Assembly: GCA_902602845.1 (NCBI GenBank)
Contig: CACKSN010000003.1
Span: 9,243-73,242, forward strand
Reading direction: 5' to 3'
Source: an uncultured Alphaproteobacteria bacterium
GTDB lineage: Bacteria; Pseudomonadota; Alphaproteobacteria; HIMB59; GCA-002718135
DNA length: 64,000 nt
Numbering within the stretch: the stretch's first letter is position 1; every line of letters begins with the position of its first letter. Shown here one piece after another: positions 11,531-21,207 of the stretch. The position numbers were made by a program, and so were the translations under genes. The notes below the pieces were generated by a model. It did no database searches, had not been told where the DNA came from, and worked only from the letters and a program-made list of their open reading frames with translations.

Positions 11531-13243
11531 CTATTTTTTTAAAACAGAACCAAGTATATCTCCTAGCGAAGCACCAGAAGTACTTGATCCATACTTTGAT
11601 AATGCTTCTTTTTCATCTTGAATTTCAAGCTCTTTAATTGATAAATTAATGATTCTGCTTTTGCTATCAACAGATAAAATAATAGCGTCTACATTTTCTC
11701 CCACTGCAAACCTATCAGTTTTCTGCTCATTTTTGTCCTTAGATAAATTAATTTTTTTAATATATCCAAAAATGTTATTCTCAGTGTCGAGTTCAACTTT
11801 AATACCTTTGTCATCTACTTCTAAAATTTTACTTGTAATCTTAGTTTTTAAAGGATTTTTATCTAAAAAGTTTTGAACAGGATCATTAGTCAGATGCTTA
11901 ATGCCAAGACTAATTCTCTCTTTTTCTACATTAATATCTAATATTTTTACTTTAACTTTATCATTTTTTTTAAAATTTTTTAACATTGAATTACATTCTT
12001 TTTCGTCCCAGCTTAGATCCGAAACATGTACCATCCCATCAATTTCATCCTGTACTTTTACAAAAATACCAAAATCTACAACATTTACTATTTCTGTTTC
12101 AAAAGAATCATTAATATTATAATTTTCATTAAGTTTCATCCAGGGATTATCCCTCATTTGCTTAAGACTACAATTGATTCTTTTTCTTTCATCATCAATA
12201 TCCAACACTTTAACCTCAATAATATCGTTTAAATTTACAATCTTTGATGGATGGGGTGGTTTTTTTAACCATGTTAGTTCTCCAAGAGAAATAGATCCAT
12301 CATACATTTCGTTTATTATTACGTTAACTTGATTATCAATTATATTTGTAACTTTAGCAGAAATCACTTGGTCAATTTTTATATTATCATTTACATTATC
12401 CCAAGGATTTGGAGATAATTGTTTAATGCCCAGGCTTAGTCGTGAAAGTTCTTCATCAAATTTCAAAACTTTAACTTTAATTTTATCATTCAAATTTAAA
12501 ACATCAGATGGGTTATTAATTTTAATCCATGAAATATCAGTTACATGAACTAAGCCATCCATTCCACCAAGATCAATAAACGCTCCATATTCAGTTAAAT
12601 TTTTTACCTTACCTTCTATGATAGATCCTTCTTCTATTGAATCTAGTAGTTCCTTCTTTTGTTCTTTTAGCTCATTTTCAGTGATTGCTTTTCTTGATAC
12701 AACGATATTGCCTCTGTATTTGTCCATTTTTAAAATTAAAAGATCAATTGGTTTGTTGAGTAACTCTTTTGTATCTTTTATAATTTGTCTGGTATCAATT
12801 TGACTACCAGGTAAAAATGCAGTTACACCATTCAAATCTACACTCATTCCACCCTTAACTCTATTGTATGGAATACCTGTTACAACTGCATTATTTGAAA
12901 AACTTTCTTGTAAATCATGCCATGCTTTTTGTTTTACAGCTTTTTCTCTGGAAAGTGTTGTTTCACCATTAGCACTATCAACATTTTCTATAAAAACTTC
13001 TGTTTCATCTCCAACATTAATTTCTGCTTCTTGCCCTGGTCTAGAAAATTCGTTTATTGATACCCTTCCTTCACTTTTAAGTCCAACATCAATTGTTACA
13101 ATATCATTTTCTATAGAAACAACTTTACCTGTTATAATTGTTTTTTCTTTAATATTATTATGTTTAAAAGAGCTAGATATTAGAGCATCATATTCTGAGT
13201 TAGATAATTTATTGTTAGCAATTTCAGACATTTTATAAATCAC
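11531..13243 (-). CDS. rpsA: 30S ribosomal protein S1
   Basis: 570 aa, six S1 (OB) repeats (GKV..I...GAFIDLGG..GLVHVSD type); cmk-rpsA synteny. True start may be the MSEI Met at 13231. Confidence 0.95.
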   Translation of the reverse strand: MIYKMSEIANNKLSNSEYDALISSSFKHNNIKEKTIITGKVVSIENDIVTIDVGLKSEGRVSINEFSRPGQEAEINVGDETEVFIENVDSANGETTLSREKAVKQKAWHDLQESFSNNAVVTGIPYNRVKGGMSVDLNGVTAFLPGSQIDTRQIIKDTKELLNKPIDLLILKMDKYRGNIVVSRKAITENELKEQKKELLDSIEEGSIIEGKVKNLTEYGAFIDLGGMDGLVHVTDISWIKINNPSDVLNLNDKIKVKVLKFDEELSRLSLGIKQLSPNPWDNVNDNIKIDQVISAKVTNIIDNQVNVIINEMYDGSISLGELTWLKKPPHPSKIVNLNDIIEVKVLDIDDERKRINCSLKQMRDNPWMKLNENYNINDSFETEIVNVVDFGIFVKVQDEIDGMVHVSDLSWDEKECNSMLKNFKKNDKVKVKILDINVEKERISLGIKHLTNDPVQNFLDKNPLKTKITSKILEVDDKGIKVELDTENNIFGYIKKINLSKDKNEQKTDRFAVGENVDAIILSVDSKSRIINLSIKELEIQDEKEALSKYGSSTSGASLGDILGSVLKK

Positions 13244-13868
13244 ACATCAGTTTATCTATCTGATCTTTAGTTTCATCAAATGAATTATTGTTATTAATGA
13301 TCATGGCACCTTTTGGAATAACCAAGGGTGATTGTTTTCTATTTTTATCTTTTTTATCTCTCAATTTAATATCTTTCAAAATTTGGGGGTATATAGACTT
13401 TTCGCCAGTATCAATCAACTGTTTATATCTTCTTTTTGCTCTATTTTTTTCATTTACATCAATATATAGTTTTAAACTCGCATTTTTAAAAACAACTGAT
13501 CCTATATCTCTGCCATCAACGACAAAATGACTATGTTTTAAATTTTCCCTGATAAATTTTTTTTGAGATTTATTAATAAAATCTCTAACAAATTCATAAA
13601 TAGCTATTTTCGATGCCATTTTGCTAATTATTTCAGTTCTTAATCTTTTATTTGGCCTAAATGAAATATCTTTTAGTTGTTTTATATATTTCTTAATTTT
13701 AATAAAATCTTGATAATATATATGTTTTTTAATCAGTTTGTGAGCCAAACGCCTATAAAGAACACCAGAGTCAAGGTGTTTGTATTTCCACTTTTTACTT
13801 ATATATTTTGCAATTCGTCCCTTACCTGACGCAGCAGGACCATCGATAGTAATAATTATTTTTTTCAA
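13233..13868 (-). CDS. cmk: Cytidylate kinase
   Basis: 211 aa, P-loop IDGPAASGKG, LDSGVLYR, DGRDIG. Confidence 0.9.
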   Translation of the reverse strand: MKKIIITIDGPAASGKGRIAKYISKKWKYKHLDSGVLYRRLAHKLIKKHIYYQDFIKIKKYIKQLKDISFRPNKRLRTEIISKMASKIAIYEFVRDFINKSQKKFIRENLKHSHFVVDGRDIGSVVFKNASLKLYIDVNEKNRAKRRYKQLIDTGEKSIYPQILKDIKLRDKKDKNRKQSPLVIPKGAMIINNNNSFDETKDQIDKLMCDL

Positions 13869-15163
13869 TCTATTTTTCCACCAATATTTATAAATTCATC
13901 AACAAATGTTGGAAAACTTGTATTTATTGAATTTGAATCATTTATGACCAACGGGCCAACTCTTGTTCCCATTATTGCAAAAGCCATTGCTATTCTATGA
14001 TCATAGTTAGTCTGAATTTTATTATTAATAATTTCATAATTTTTTTTTGGAAAAATAAATAGATCATCATTTAATACCTTACAATCAACACCACAACTTT
14101 GTAAATTTAATTTAATTAAATTTAATCTATCACTTTCTTTAACTTTTAATTCTCCTAAACCTCTAAATACACTCGGTGTTTTCGCAAATGAAGCAGCAAC
14201 AGATAATATTGGATATTCGTCAATCATTAGATCCGCTATATCACCTTCAAGTTCACATCCATTCAATTCAGAGCTAAAAACTTCAATGTCACATACTTTT
14301 TCATTATTAATTTCTCTTTGATTTGAGAATAATATCTTAGCCCCCATTTTTTCTAAAGCAATTAAAATACCATTTCTTGTTGGATTTACATTTATGTTTC
14401 TTAAAACCAAATGAGAATTTTTATTTATCAGAGCTGCTACTATAAAAAATGCACTGCTTGATAAATCATTTGGAACCTCAATGTTAATTGAGTTTAAATT
14501 TTTCTTACCATTAATTTTAATAATTTTTTTTATATCTTGTTTTTGAATAGATATATCTGCTCCAAATGCATTTAGCATTGTTTCAGTATGGTCTCTAGTA
14601 TTTTTATTTTCAATTATAGTGGTGATCCCATAAGTATTTAATGCTGCAAGAATAATACCTGACTTAATCTGAGCTGAAGGAATATTGATGTCTATAGTTG
14701 TATTTGAAAGTTCAGTACCATTTATTTTTAATGGCAACGTGCCATTATTAGACAATATTTTTGCACCCATTTTACTTAAGGGCTCTGATATTCTTTTCAT
14801 CGGCCTTGAAGATAGTGAAGAATCACCTGTCAAAACAGTATCAAAACTTTGAGAAGACAATAGTCCTGTTAATAATCTTGCACTCGTGCCAGAGTTGCCC
14901 AGATAAATTTCACCAATAGGTTTTTTTAATGAATTAAGACCTTTGCCATTTACAATTAATTTATTTTTCATTTCATTTATTTCTACACCCATAGATTTAA
15001 ATGCTTCTATAGTATTTAAAACATCGTCAGATTTTAATATATTTGTTACTTCAGATATTCCATTTGATATTGATGGTATTATTACTGATCTATGTGATAT
15101 TGATTTATCACCAGGGATTTTAGGACTTCCTTTCAAACCCTTAGAAATAATATTGCTAATCAT
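13865..15163 (-). CDS. aroA: 3-phosphoshikimate 1-carboxyvinyltransferase (EPSP synthase)
   Basis: 432 aa, PGDKSISHR, LGNSGTSARLL, KESDR, DHRIAMAF. Confidence 0.93.
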   Translation of the reverse strand: MISNIISKGLKGSPKIPGDKSISHRSVIIPSISNGISEVTNILKSDDVLNTIEAFKSMGVEINEMKNKLIVNGKGLNSLKKPIGEIYLGNSGTSARLLTGLLSSQSFDTVLTGDSSLSSRPMKRISEPLSKMGAKILSNNGTLPLKINGTELSNTTIDINIPSAQIKSGIILAALNTYGITTIIENKNTRDHTETMLNAFGADISIQKQDIKKIIKINGKKNLNSINIEVPNDLSSSAFFIVAALINKNSHLVLRNINVNPTRNGILIALEKMGAKILFSNQREINNEKVCDIEVFSSELNGCELEGDIADLMIDEYPILSVAASFAKTPSVFRGLGELKVKESDRLNLIKLNLQSCGVDCKVLNDDLFIFPKKNYEIINNKIQTNYDHRIAMAFAIMGTRVGPLVINDSNSINTSFPTFVDEFINIGGKID

Positions 15164-15907
15164 TTATAATTTGAATTCAGATCCAAGATAAAATTTTTTA
15201 ATTTTTTCATCATTTACAGCATTTTCTGGATTTCCTTCAAAAAAAATTGCACCTTCATTTACAATATATACTTTATCAACTATTTTTAATGTTTCTCTAA
15301 CATTATGATCAGTAATTAATACGCCTATATTTTTTTTCTTAAGTTTCTTAATTATTATTTTAATTTCTTCTATAGACACTGGATCTATACCGGTCAGAGG
15401 TTCATCAAGAAGTAAATATTTAGGATCTGATGCTAAAGTTCTGGCAATTTCTAATCTTCTTCTTTCCCCACCTGATAATACAATTGATTTTGATTTTCTA
15501 ACATGATTTATATCAAATTCATTGAGAAGATTTTGAAGTATTATTTCTTGTTTATTTTTGTTTTTTTCTACTATTTCAATTATAGAAAGTAAATTATCTT
15601 CAACGTTCATGCCTCTAAATATAGACGCTTCTTGTGGCAGGTAGCTTATTCCCAAAATACCGCGTTTATAGATTGGAAGATTTGATATTTCCATTTTATC
15701 TAAATATATTGAGCCTACATCAGGCTTGACTAGTCCAACTATTATGTAGAAGCTTGTAGTTTTTCCTGCACCATTTGGTCCAAGAAGTCCAACAATCTCA
15801 CCTTGTTTAATTGATAGACTGATATTTCTTATAACCTTTTTATTTCCATAAGTTTTGGAAATTTTATTAACAATTAATCCGTTATCAAGTACATTGAACT
15901 TATTCAT
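15164..15907 (-). CDS. lptB: LPS export ABC transporter ATP-binding protein
   Basis: 247 aa, Walker A GPNGAGKTT, signature LSGGERRR, Walker B LLLDEP; follows lptC-lptA. Confidence 0.85.
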   Translation of the reverse strand: MNKFNVLDNGLIVNKISKTYGNKKVIRNISLSIKQGEIVGLLGPNGAGKTTSFYIIVGLVKPDVGSIYLDKMEISNLPIYKRGILGISYLPQEASIFRGMNVEDNLLSIIEIVEKNKNKQEIILQNLLNEFDINHVRKSKSIVLSGGERRRLEIARTLASDPKYLLLDEPLTGIDPVSIEEIKIIIKKLKKKNIGVLITDHNVRETLKIVDKVYIVNEGAIFFEGNPENAVNDEKIKKFYLGSEFKL

Positions 15908-16661
15908 TATTATCCAAAATTATTATTTTCACTTTATTTGTTTTTTTAGATTTGATTTTATATGAATTAGTTTTTGTATCAAGAGTTCCATAATCTCCTG
16001 TAATTACTTCACCATTACTTATAATCTTAACGTTATCTTCTAATTCAATTAAAGAGTTATTTTTATTATAAAGAATTTTTTTTGCAAACATTTCAGTTTC
16101 ACTATTTTTTACATACGAAATTTTATCATCTTTAACATTAATATCTAATATCTCTTTACTATTAGAATTTGACATCAATCCATTAATCATATTTCCTTTT
16201 ATAAGAACATTCTCAGTACGTAATTCAGAATTCGGACCATATAAATTAAAATCACCACCAATGTTATTAACCTCAATCTTCCCATCTGAATACATTTCAG
16301 CATCATTAGTTATTAATTCTGAATTAGCTCCCTCTATTTGAATAAGCTCAGTATCCACAATCAAATTCAGTGAATTACCTCTAGCATTTATATTATATTC
16401 GTAAGATTCTAGTCGAACGTTCCCAGTTGCATTTATTATCTTAATATCATACAAATCTTCATTAAAATAAATTTTTATTATATCACCTAACAACGTAAAG
16501 TTATCTGAAACTATTTTTACATTTTTTTTTAACAAATAATACTTTTCGTCCTGGAAAACCTCTATACCGTCCTCAGCAGTTATTTCGGTCTCTCCACTTT
16601 CTCTTGATTGTAAGCTAGAACCAAATATTAGTAATAATAAAACTATAATTAGATATCTCAT
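15900..16661 (-). CDS. lptA: Periplasmic LPS transport protein LptA-like (OstA-N fold)
   Basis: 253 aa, signal peptide MRYLIIVLLLLIFGSSLQS, repetitive beta-rich sequence, position between lptC and lptB; sequence itself is divergent. Confidence 0.55.
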   Translation of the reverse strand: MRYLIIVLLLLIFGSSLQSRESGETEITAEDGIEVFQDEKYYLLKKNVKIVSDNFTLLGDIIKIYFNEDLYDIKIINATGNVRLESYEYNINARGNSLNLIVDTELIQIEGANSELITNDAEMYSDGKIEVNNIGGDFNLYGPNSELRTENVLIKGNMINGLMSNSNSKEILDINVKDDKISYVKNSETEMFAKKILYNKNNSLIELEDNVKIISNGEVITGDYGTLDTKTNSYKIKSKKTNKVKIIILDNNE

Positions 16662-17104
16662 TTTAATATTAATTGCGCATTTCCACTAAAACTTATTTTT
16701 TTACCATTATCATAAATATCAAAACCTTCAGAAAATATACTTGCATTTTTAGATTTAAAAACAGACATTGATTTACTAGTAGCCGTTTGATCTTTCCTAT
16801 TAAAAATTACTTGATCAGTTTCAATAATGAAAGTATCAGACTTGAATTTTACATTTTTGTTAAGGAGGATTTTATTTTCATCTACAAAGTTTCCTTCTTT
16901 AGCTGTGACAAATATTTTTTTATCTTCATTATTTATTGAAAATTTAGGCAATGTAATATCTACATTAGAAATTTTTATGCCATTTTTTAAATTTTTTTTG
17001 TCAAAAGTATCAAATTTTAAGTAAAAAAAAGTACCAATAATAAAGATACTTAAAATTGATAAAAATAATATATATTTTTTATTTATTAAAAATAATAAAT
17101 TCAA
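16658..17104 (-). CDS. lptC: LPS export system protein LptC-like
   Basis: 148 aa, single N-terminal TM helix then beta-rich domain; position kdsD-lptC-lptA-lptB. Confidence 0.5.
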   Translation of the reverse strand: MNLLFLINKKYILFLSILSIFIIGTFFYLKFDTFDKKNLKNGIKISNVDITLPKFSINNEDKKIFVTAKEGNFVDENKILLNKNVKFKSDTFIIETDQVIFNRKDQTATSKSMSVFKSKNASIFSEGFDIYDNGKKISFSGNAQLILK

Positions 17105-17105
17105 T

Positions 17106-18065
17106 TTAGCTTGTTATCCTTAGTAAGTCATGAATATGCACTATCCCAATTGGTTTTTTATTTTCACATACAAATAAGCTTGTTATTTTCTTTTTATTCA
17201 TTAAGCTAATTGCTTCTCCCACAATCATTTCCTTATTTGCAATAGTTGGATTTTTAGTCATTATTTCAGATGCTTTTTTTTCAAAAAATTTTGAATTCAT
17301 TTTTCTTCTAAGATCTCCATCAGTAATTATTCCAATTATTTTGTTTTTACTATCAACAACACCCAAACAGCCAAAACTTTTTTTGGTCATTTCAATAAGT
17401 GCTTCAGACATCTTTTCGTCTTTCTCCGCAATCGGTAAAGCTTTTTTTAAATGCATTATTTCACCAATGTATTTAAGGTCTTTACCAATATTACCACCAG
17501 GGTGAATTTTTTTGAAATGTTTACTTTTAAACCCCTTCAGTTCAAGTAATGCTGCTGCAATACAGTCACCTATTATCATTGCCATTGTAGTTGAGGTAGT
17601 TGGGGCTAAATTCAAGGGACAAGCTTCAATTGGTTTTTTATACAAGATACCTATGTTAGCATTTTTATGTAAAGTACTTTTGGAATTACTACTTATGCTT
17701 ATTAAAGTTATATTAAATCTTTTTGTAAATTGAATTATGTTATTTAATTCTGATGTTTCACCTGAGTTAGAAATTGCAATTACACAGTCATTTTTTTGAA
17801 CACTACCCAAATCACCATGACTAGCTTCAGTTGCATGGATAAAATAAGATGGCGTACCTGTAGATGTAAGTGTTGCTGATATTTTATTCCCTATATGAGC
17901 ACTCTTTCCAATTCCAGTAATTATTACTCTGCCCTTAAGATTATGAATGATTTCTACTGCTTTAATAAAATTATCATTAAAAGTTGAAGATAAAGTTTTT
18001 ATACTTGTTAATTCTTTAGCAAATGCTTTTTTTGCACTTTTTATTATTTTATTTTTTTTATTCAT
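17106..18065 (-). CDS. kdsD: Arabinose-5-phosphate isomerase (SIS + tandem CBS)
   Basis: 319 aa, SIS motif GIGKSAHIG, ISNSGET, C-terminal CBS pair. Confidence 0.85.
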   Translation of the reverse strand: MNKKNKIIKSAKKAFAKELTSIKTLSSTFNDNFIKAVEIIHNLKGRVIITGIGKSAHIGNKISATLTSTGTPSYFIHATEASHGDLGSVQKNDCVIAISNSGETSELNNIIQFTKRFNITLISISSNSKSTLHKNANIGILYKKPIEACPLNLAPTTSTTMAMIIGDCIAAALLELKGFKSKHFKKIHPGGNIGKDLKYIGEIMHLKKALPIAEKDEKMSEALIEMTKKSFGCLGVVDSKNKIIGIITDGDLRRKMNSKFFEKKASEIMTKNPTIANKEMIVGEAISLMNKKKITSLFVCENKKPIGIVHIHDLLRITS

Positions 18066-18673
18066 TAATGTTTAAAAATATCTTGTTCTGCCCAACCACT
18101 AATATCTAAATCAGTTCTATATTCAATAAAGTCAAAACATGCTTTAGCAAGTTTATCTCTTTTTTCTCTTATGAGCATTTTATCCAACTTTTCTTTTATC
18201 TTATGTAAATATAATACGTCAGTTGCTGCATATTTTTGTTGGTCCTTTGTTAATTCACCACCCCAATCTGAAGATTGCTCTGTTTTAGAAATATTTTTAT
18301 TTAAAAGTTCGCTACAAAGGTCTTTGTATCCATGTTTATCAGTATATGTTCTAACTAGTTTTGAGGCTATTTTGGTACAGTAAATATTTTTAATATTTAC
18401 TTTAAAGTTATATTTAAAAACCGCTACATCAAATCTAGCATAATGAAAGATTTTTTGAATCTTATTATTTTTTAGTAATCTTATTAAATTTATTGGCTTT
18501 TTTTTAACTAGATCAATTTTTATTAAATGACAAATTTGATCACCAATAGATAGTTGTACCAAGCATAGTTTATCTCTCTTGGGGTTTAATCCCATAGTTT
18601 CACTATCTAACGCAATACAGCTAGATAATTTTATATCTTTCGGGATATCTCCTTGATAAAGATTTATTTTCAT
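18065..18673 (-). CDS. DEDDy 3'-5' exonuclease, short RNase D-like
   Basis: 202 aa, Exo I IALDSETMGL, Exo II FHYARFDVAV, Exo III YAATDVLYL. Confidence 0.7.
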   Translation of the reverse strand: MKINLYQGDIPKDIKLSSCIALDSETMGLNPKRDKLCLVQLSIGDQICHLIKIDLVKKKPINLIRLLKNNKIQKIFHYARFDVAVFKYNFKVNIKNIYCTKIASKLVRTYTDKHGYKDLCSELLNKNISKTEQSSDWGGELTKDQQKYAATDVLYLHKIKEKLDKMLIREKRDKLAKACFDFIEYRTDLDISGWAEQDIFKH

Positions 18674-18735
18674 TTTGATATATTTGCCTATACTATGTAT
18701 GTTTTAATATTATATCATTTATTTTTTTAAAGGTC

Positions 18736-19641
18736 ATGGAATCAATAGTAATTTTAGGTGGGGCAGGATTTGTAGGAAAACATTTGATAAGAAGACTGGC
18801 AAAAAAAGGCTATAAAATTATAGTTCCTTATCAAAAATCAATCCAAGAGGCAAAAATCCGTCTTCTTGGCGTTACAGGCCAAATTATACCCTTTAGATAT
18901 GAAACTTTAGAAGATGAAAGATTAAAATCTATCTTAAACACTGCTACTGTTTGCATTAATCTTAAAACAACTTATGATCAAAAAAAAGGTGACTTTAATA
19001 AGACAATCTTCAAATTTAATCAGAAAATCATAAAAATAATAAAATCCAGCAATAAACTTAAGCAGTATATTTTTTTCTCTGGCTTAGGAGCTGATATTGA
19101 TAAAAAGTCTACTCGAAGCATAGCAGTCTATAAATCAGAAATTGAAGCTTCTAAGTATATAAAAAATACAATGATAATTAGACCTGGTGTTATTATAGGT
19201 GGTGGAGATTTATTTTTGAAAAAATTAGTACCTATTTTTAAAGCATCATTCTTTGTTCCTTTATTTGGAGATGGTTTAACTAGATTTCAACCAGTGTTTA
19301 TTGATGATGTCTCTTTGGCCACTGAAATTATTATTGATAGGAGTCTCAAAGGTATAAACATTTTTGAATTAGGTGGACCTAGAATAATCACCTATAAAGA
19401 TTATTATAATTTCATTTCAAAATGTCTTAAAAAAACTAGAGTGCTTGTTCCAACTCCCTTAGCTATTATAAAGCCTCTAATTGGTATCGCCGAAAAAACA
19501 CCATTATCACCTTTAACTTCTGAGCAATTATTGCTTTTTGAAAAAGATAATGTGGTGCATCATGTCGATAAGTCTTTTTCATTTCTTAACATTAATCCAC
19601 AGGATACACTCCAAATTACAGAAAAAATTGTAAAAAATTAG
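18736..19641 (+). CDS. NAD(P)-binding SDR, complex I NDUFA9 (39-kDa subunit)-like family
   Basis: 301 aa, Rossmann GGAGFVGKH, LGVTGQIIPF, PLFGDGLTRFQPVFIDDV, C-terminal PLTSEQLLLFEKDNVV as in alphaproteobacterial NDUFA9-family proteins. Confidence 0.7.
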   Translation: MESIVILGGAGFVGKHLIRRLAKKGYKIIVPYQKSIQEAKIRLLGVTGQIIPFRYETLEDERLKSILNTATVCINLKTTYDQKKGDFNKTIFKFNQKIIKIIKSSNKLKQYIFFSGLGADIDKKSTRSIAVYKSEIEASKYIKNTMIIRPGVIIGGGDLFLKKLVPIFKASFFVPLFGDGLTRFQPVFIDDVSLATEIIIDRSLKGINIFELGGPRIITYKDYYNFISKCLKKTRVLVPTPLAIIKPLIGIAEKTPLSPLTSEQLLLFEKDNVVHHVDKSFSFLNINPQDTLQITEKIVKN

Positions 19642-19758
19642 GCTTTTTTTCAATTTAGTAAAAAAATGGTACAATTTTAGATATTTAACTATTTATTTTT
19701 ATCGCTTGAATGTGTATTCGGTTGATACTAATTAAATTAGTAAACAAAAGTTAACTAA

Positions 19759-21207
19759 ATGCTGAAATTTACAAAAATTAATCAAGAAAATCCTGGAAAA
19801 ATAGCTCCTGAAAAAAGAGTAAAATCTTTTAATGAAATATATGCAAAATATGCCGCCCAAAAAGCAGAGGAACAAGCTTCTAGGTGCTCTCAATGTGGTG
19901 TACCATTTTGCCAAGTCCATTGCCCCTTGCATAATAACATTCCAGATTGGCTGAAATTAACTGCTGAAGACAGAATGGAAGAAGCGTTTGAAATCTCAAG
20001 TTCAACAAATAATATGCCTGAAATTTGTGGACGTATATGCCCTCAAGATCGTTTGTGTGAAGGTAATTGTGTTATTGAACAATCTGGTCATGGTACAGTT
20101 ACGATTGGTTCTATAGAAAAATATATAACTGATACCGCATGGGATAATGGTTGGGTCAAAAATATAAAACCAACTGAAGAAAAGAATTACAGCGTTGGTA
20201 TTATCGGTTCTGGACCTGCGGGCCTTGCTGCTGGAGAGGAACTTAGAAAAAAAGGATATCAAATAACTATCTACGATCGTTATGATAGACCTGGTGGACT
20301 ACTCATATATGGAATTCCAAATTTTAAATTAGAAAAAGATATAGTGACTAGAAGAACACAACGTTTAAAAGATAGTGGTATAAAATTTCAATTAAATTGT
20401 AATATTGGTACAGACATAACATTTGCTGAAATCAATAAAAAACATCAGGCACTTTTAATTGCGACTGGTGTATATAAGTTTAGAGAAATTAATCTTAATC
20501 AGTCAAATTTTAATAATGTTGTACCGGCTCTGGATTTCTTGGTTGCAAGTAATAAAACTGGATTAAAAGATAAAGTTGATGATTTTCTTAATGGTAGACT
20601 TAATGCTAGCGGTAAAAATGTTATCGTGATTGGTGGAGGTGATACAGCTATGGATTGTGTCAGGACAGCTGTTAGACAGGGAGCAAAATCTGTAAAATGT
20701 TTATATCGTAGGGATAAGACAAATATGCCTGGATCACAAAGAGAAGTTCAAAATGCAATTGAGGAGGGTGTTGATTTTAAATGGTTAACCCTACCAAAAA
20801 AATATTCAGGTAATGGCTCACTTAACAGTGTAGAAACTGTTTTAATGCAACTTGGAGAACCAGATGAATCAGGAAGAAGAAGACCAGAACCAAAAGAGGG
20901 TACAGAGCAAAATCTTGAAGCAGATTTAGTTATTGAAGCTCTTGGTTTTGAACCTGAGGATCTACCAAAGCTTTTTGATAACGACAATCTAACAGTTACA
21001 AGATGGGGAACTTTAAAAATTAATTATAAAAATATGATGACATCACTTGATGGTGTTTTTGCAGCAGGAGATATCGTAAGAGGTGCAAGTTTAGTTGTGT
21101 GGGGAATTAAAGATGGAAGAGACGCTGCAAGCAATATCCATAGATATTTAGAAAATAAGTTTGAGTTAAGCAAAGACTCTCAGAGGAATGCACTAAATGG
21201 AAAATGA
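19759..21207 (+). CDS. gltD: Glutamate synthase (NADPH) small subunit
   Basis: 482 aa, Cys clusters CSQCGVPFC..CP and CGRICP..CEGNC, FAD/NAD sites GSGPAGLAAG and GGGDTAMD. Confidence 0.93.
   Translation: MLKFTKINQENPGKIAPEKRVKSFNEIYAKYAAQKAEEQASRCSQCGVPFCQVHCPLHNNIPDWLKLTAEDRMEEAFEISSSTNNMPEICGRICPQDRLCEGNCVIEQSGHGTVTIGSIEKYITDTAWDNGWVKNIKPTEEKNYSVGIIGSGPAGLAAGEELRKKGYQITIYDRYDRPGGLLIYGIPNFKLEKDIVTRRTQRLKDSGIKFQLNCNIGTDITFAEINKKHQALLIATGVYKFREINLNQSNFNNVVPALDFLVASNKTGLKDKVDDFLNGRLNASGKNVIVIGGGDTAMDCVRTAVRQGAKSVKCLYRRDKTNMPGSQREVQNAIEEGVDFKWLTLPKKYSGNGSLNSVETVLMQLGEPDESGRRRPEPKEGTEQNLEADLVIEALGFEPEDLPKLFDNDNLTVTRWGTLKINYKNMMTSLDGVFAAGDIVRGASLVVWGIKDGRDAASNIHRYLENKFELSKDSQRNALNGK

Noticed and set aside
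18674-18735. dif-like (XerC/D) appearance of ...CTATACTATGTATGTTTTAATATT... in the divergent spacer.
   Set aside because: Only about 7/11 matches to the XerD arm and essentially none to the XerC arm of the remembered proteobacterial consensus. This is indistinguishable from AT-rich noise.
19642-19758. The 117-nt gltD leader as a possible glutamine/nitrogen riboswitch or NtrC/sigma-54 site.
   Set aside because: There are no GC-supported helices, no GG-N10-GC element and no resemblance to the glnA-type motif as I remember it. Only a weak TTGAAT-17-TAATTA sigma-70-like match is present.
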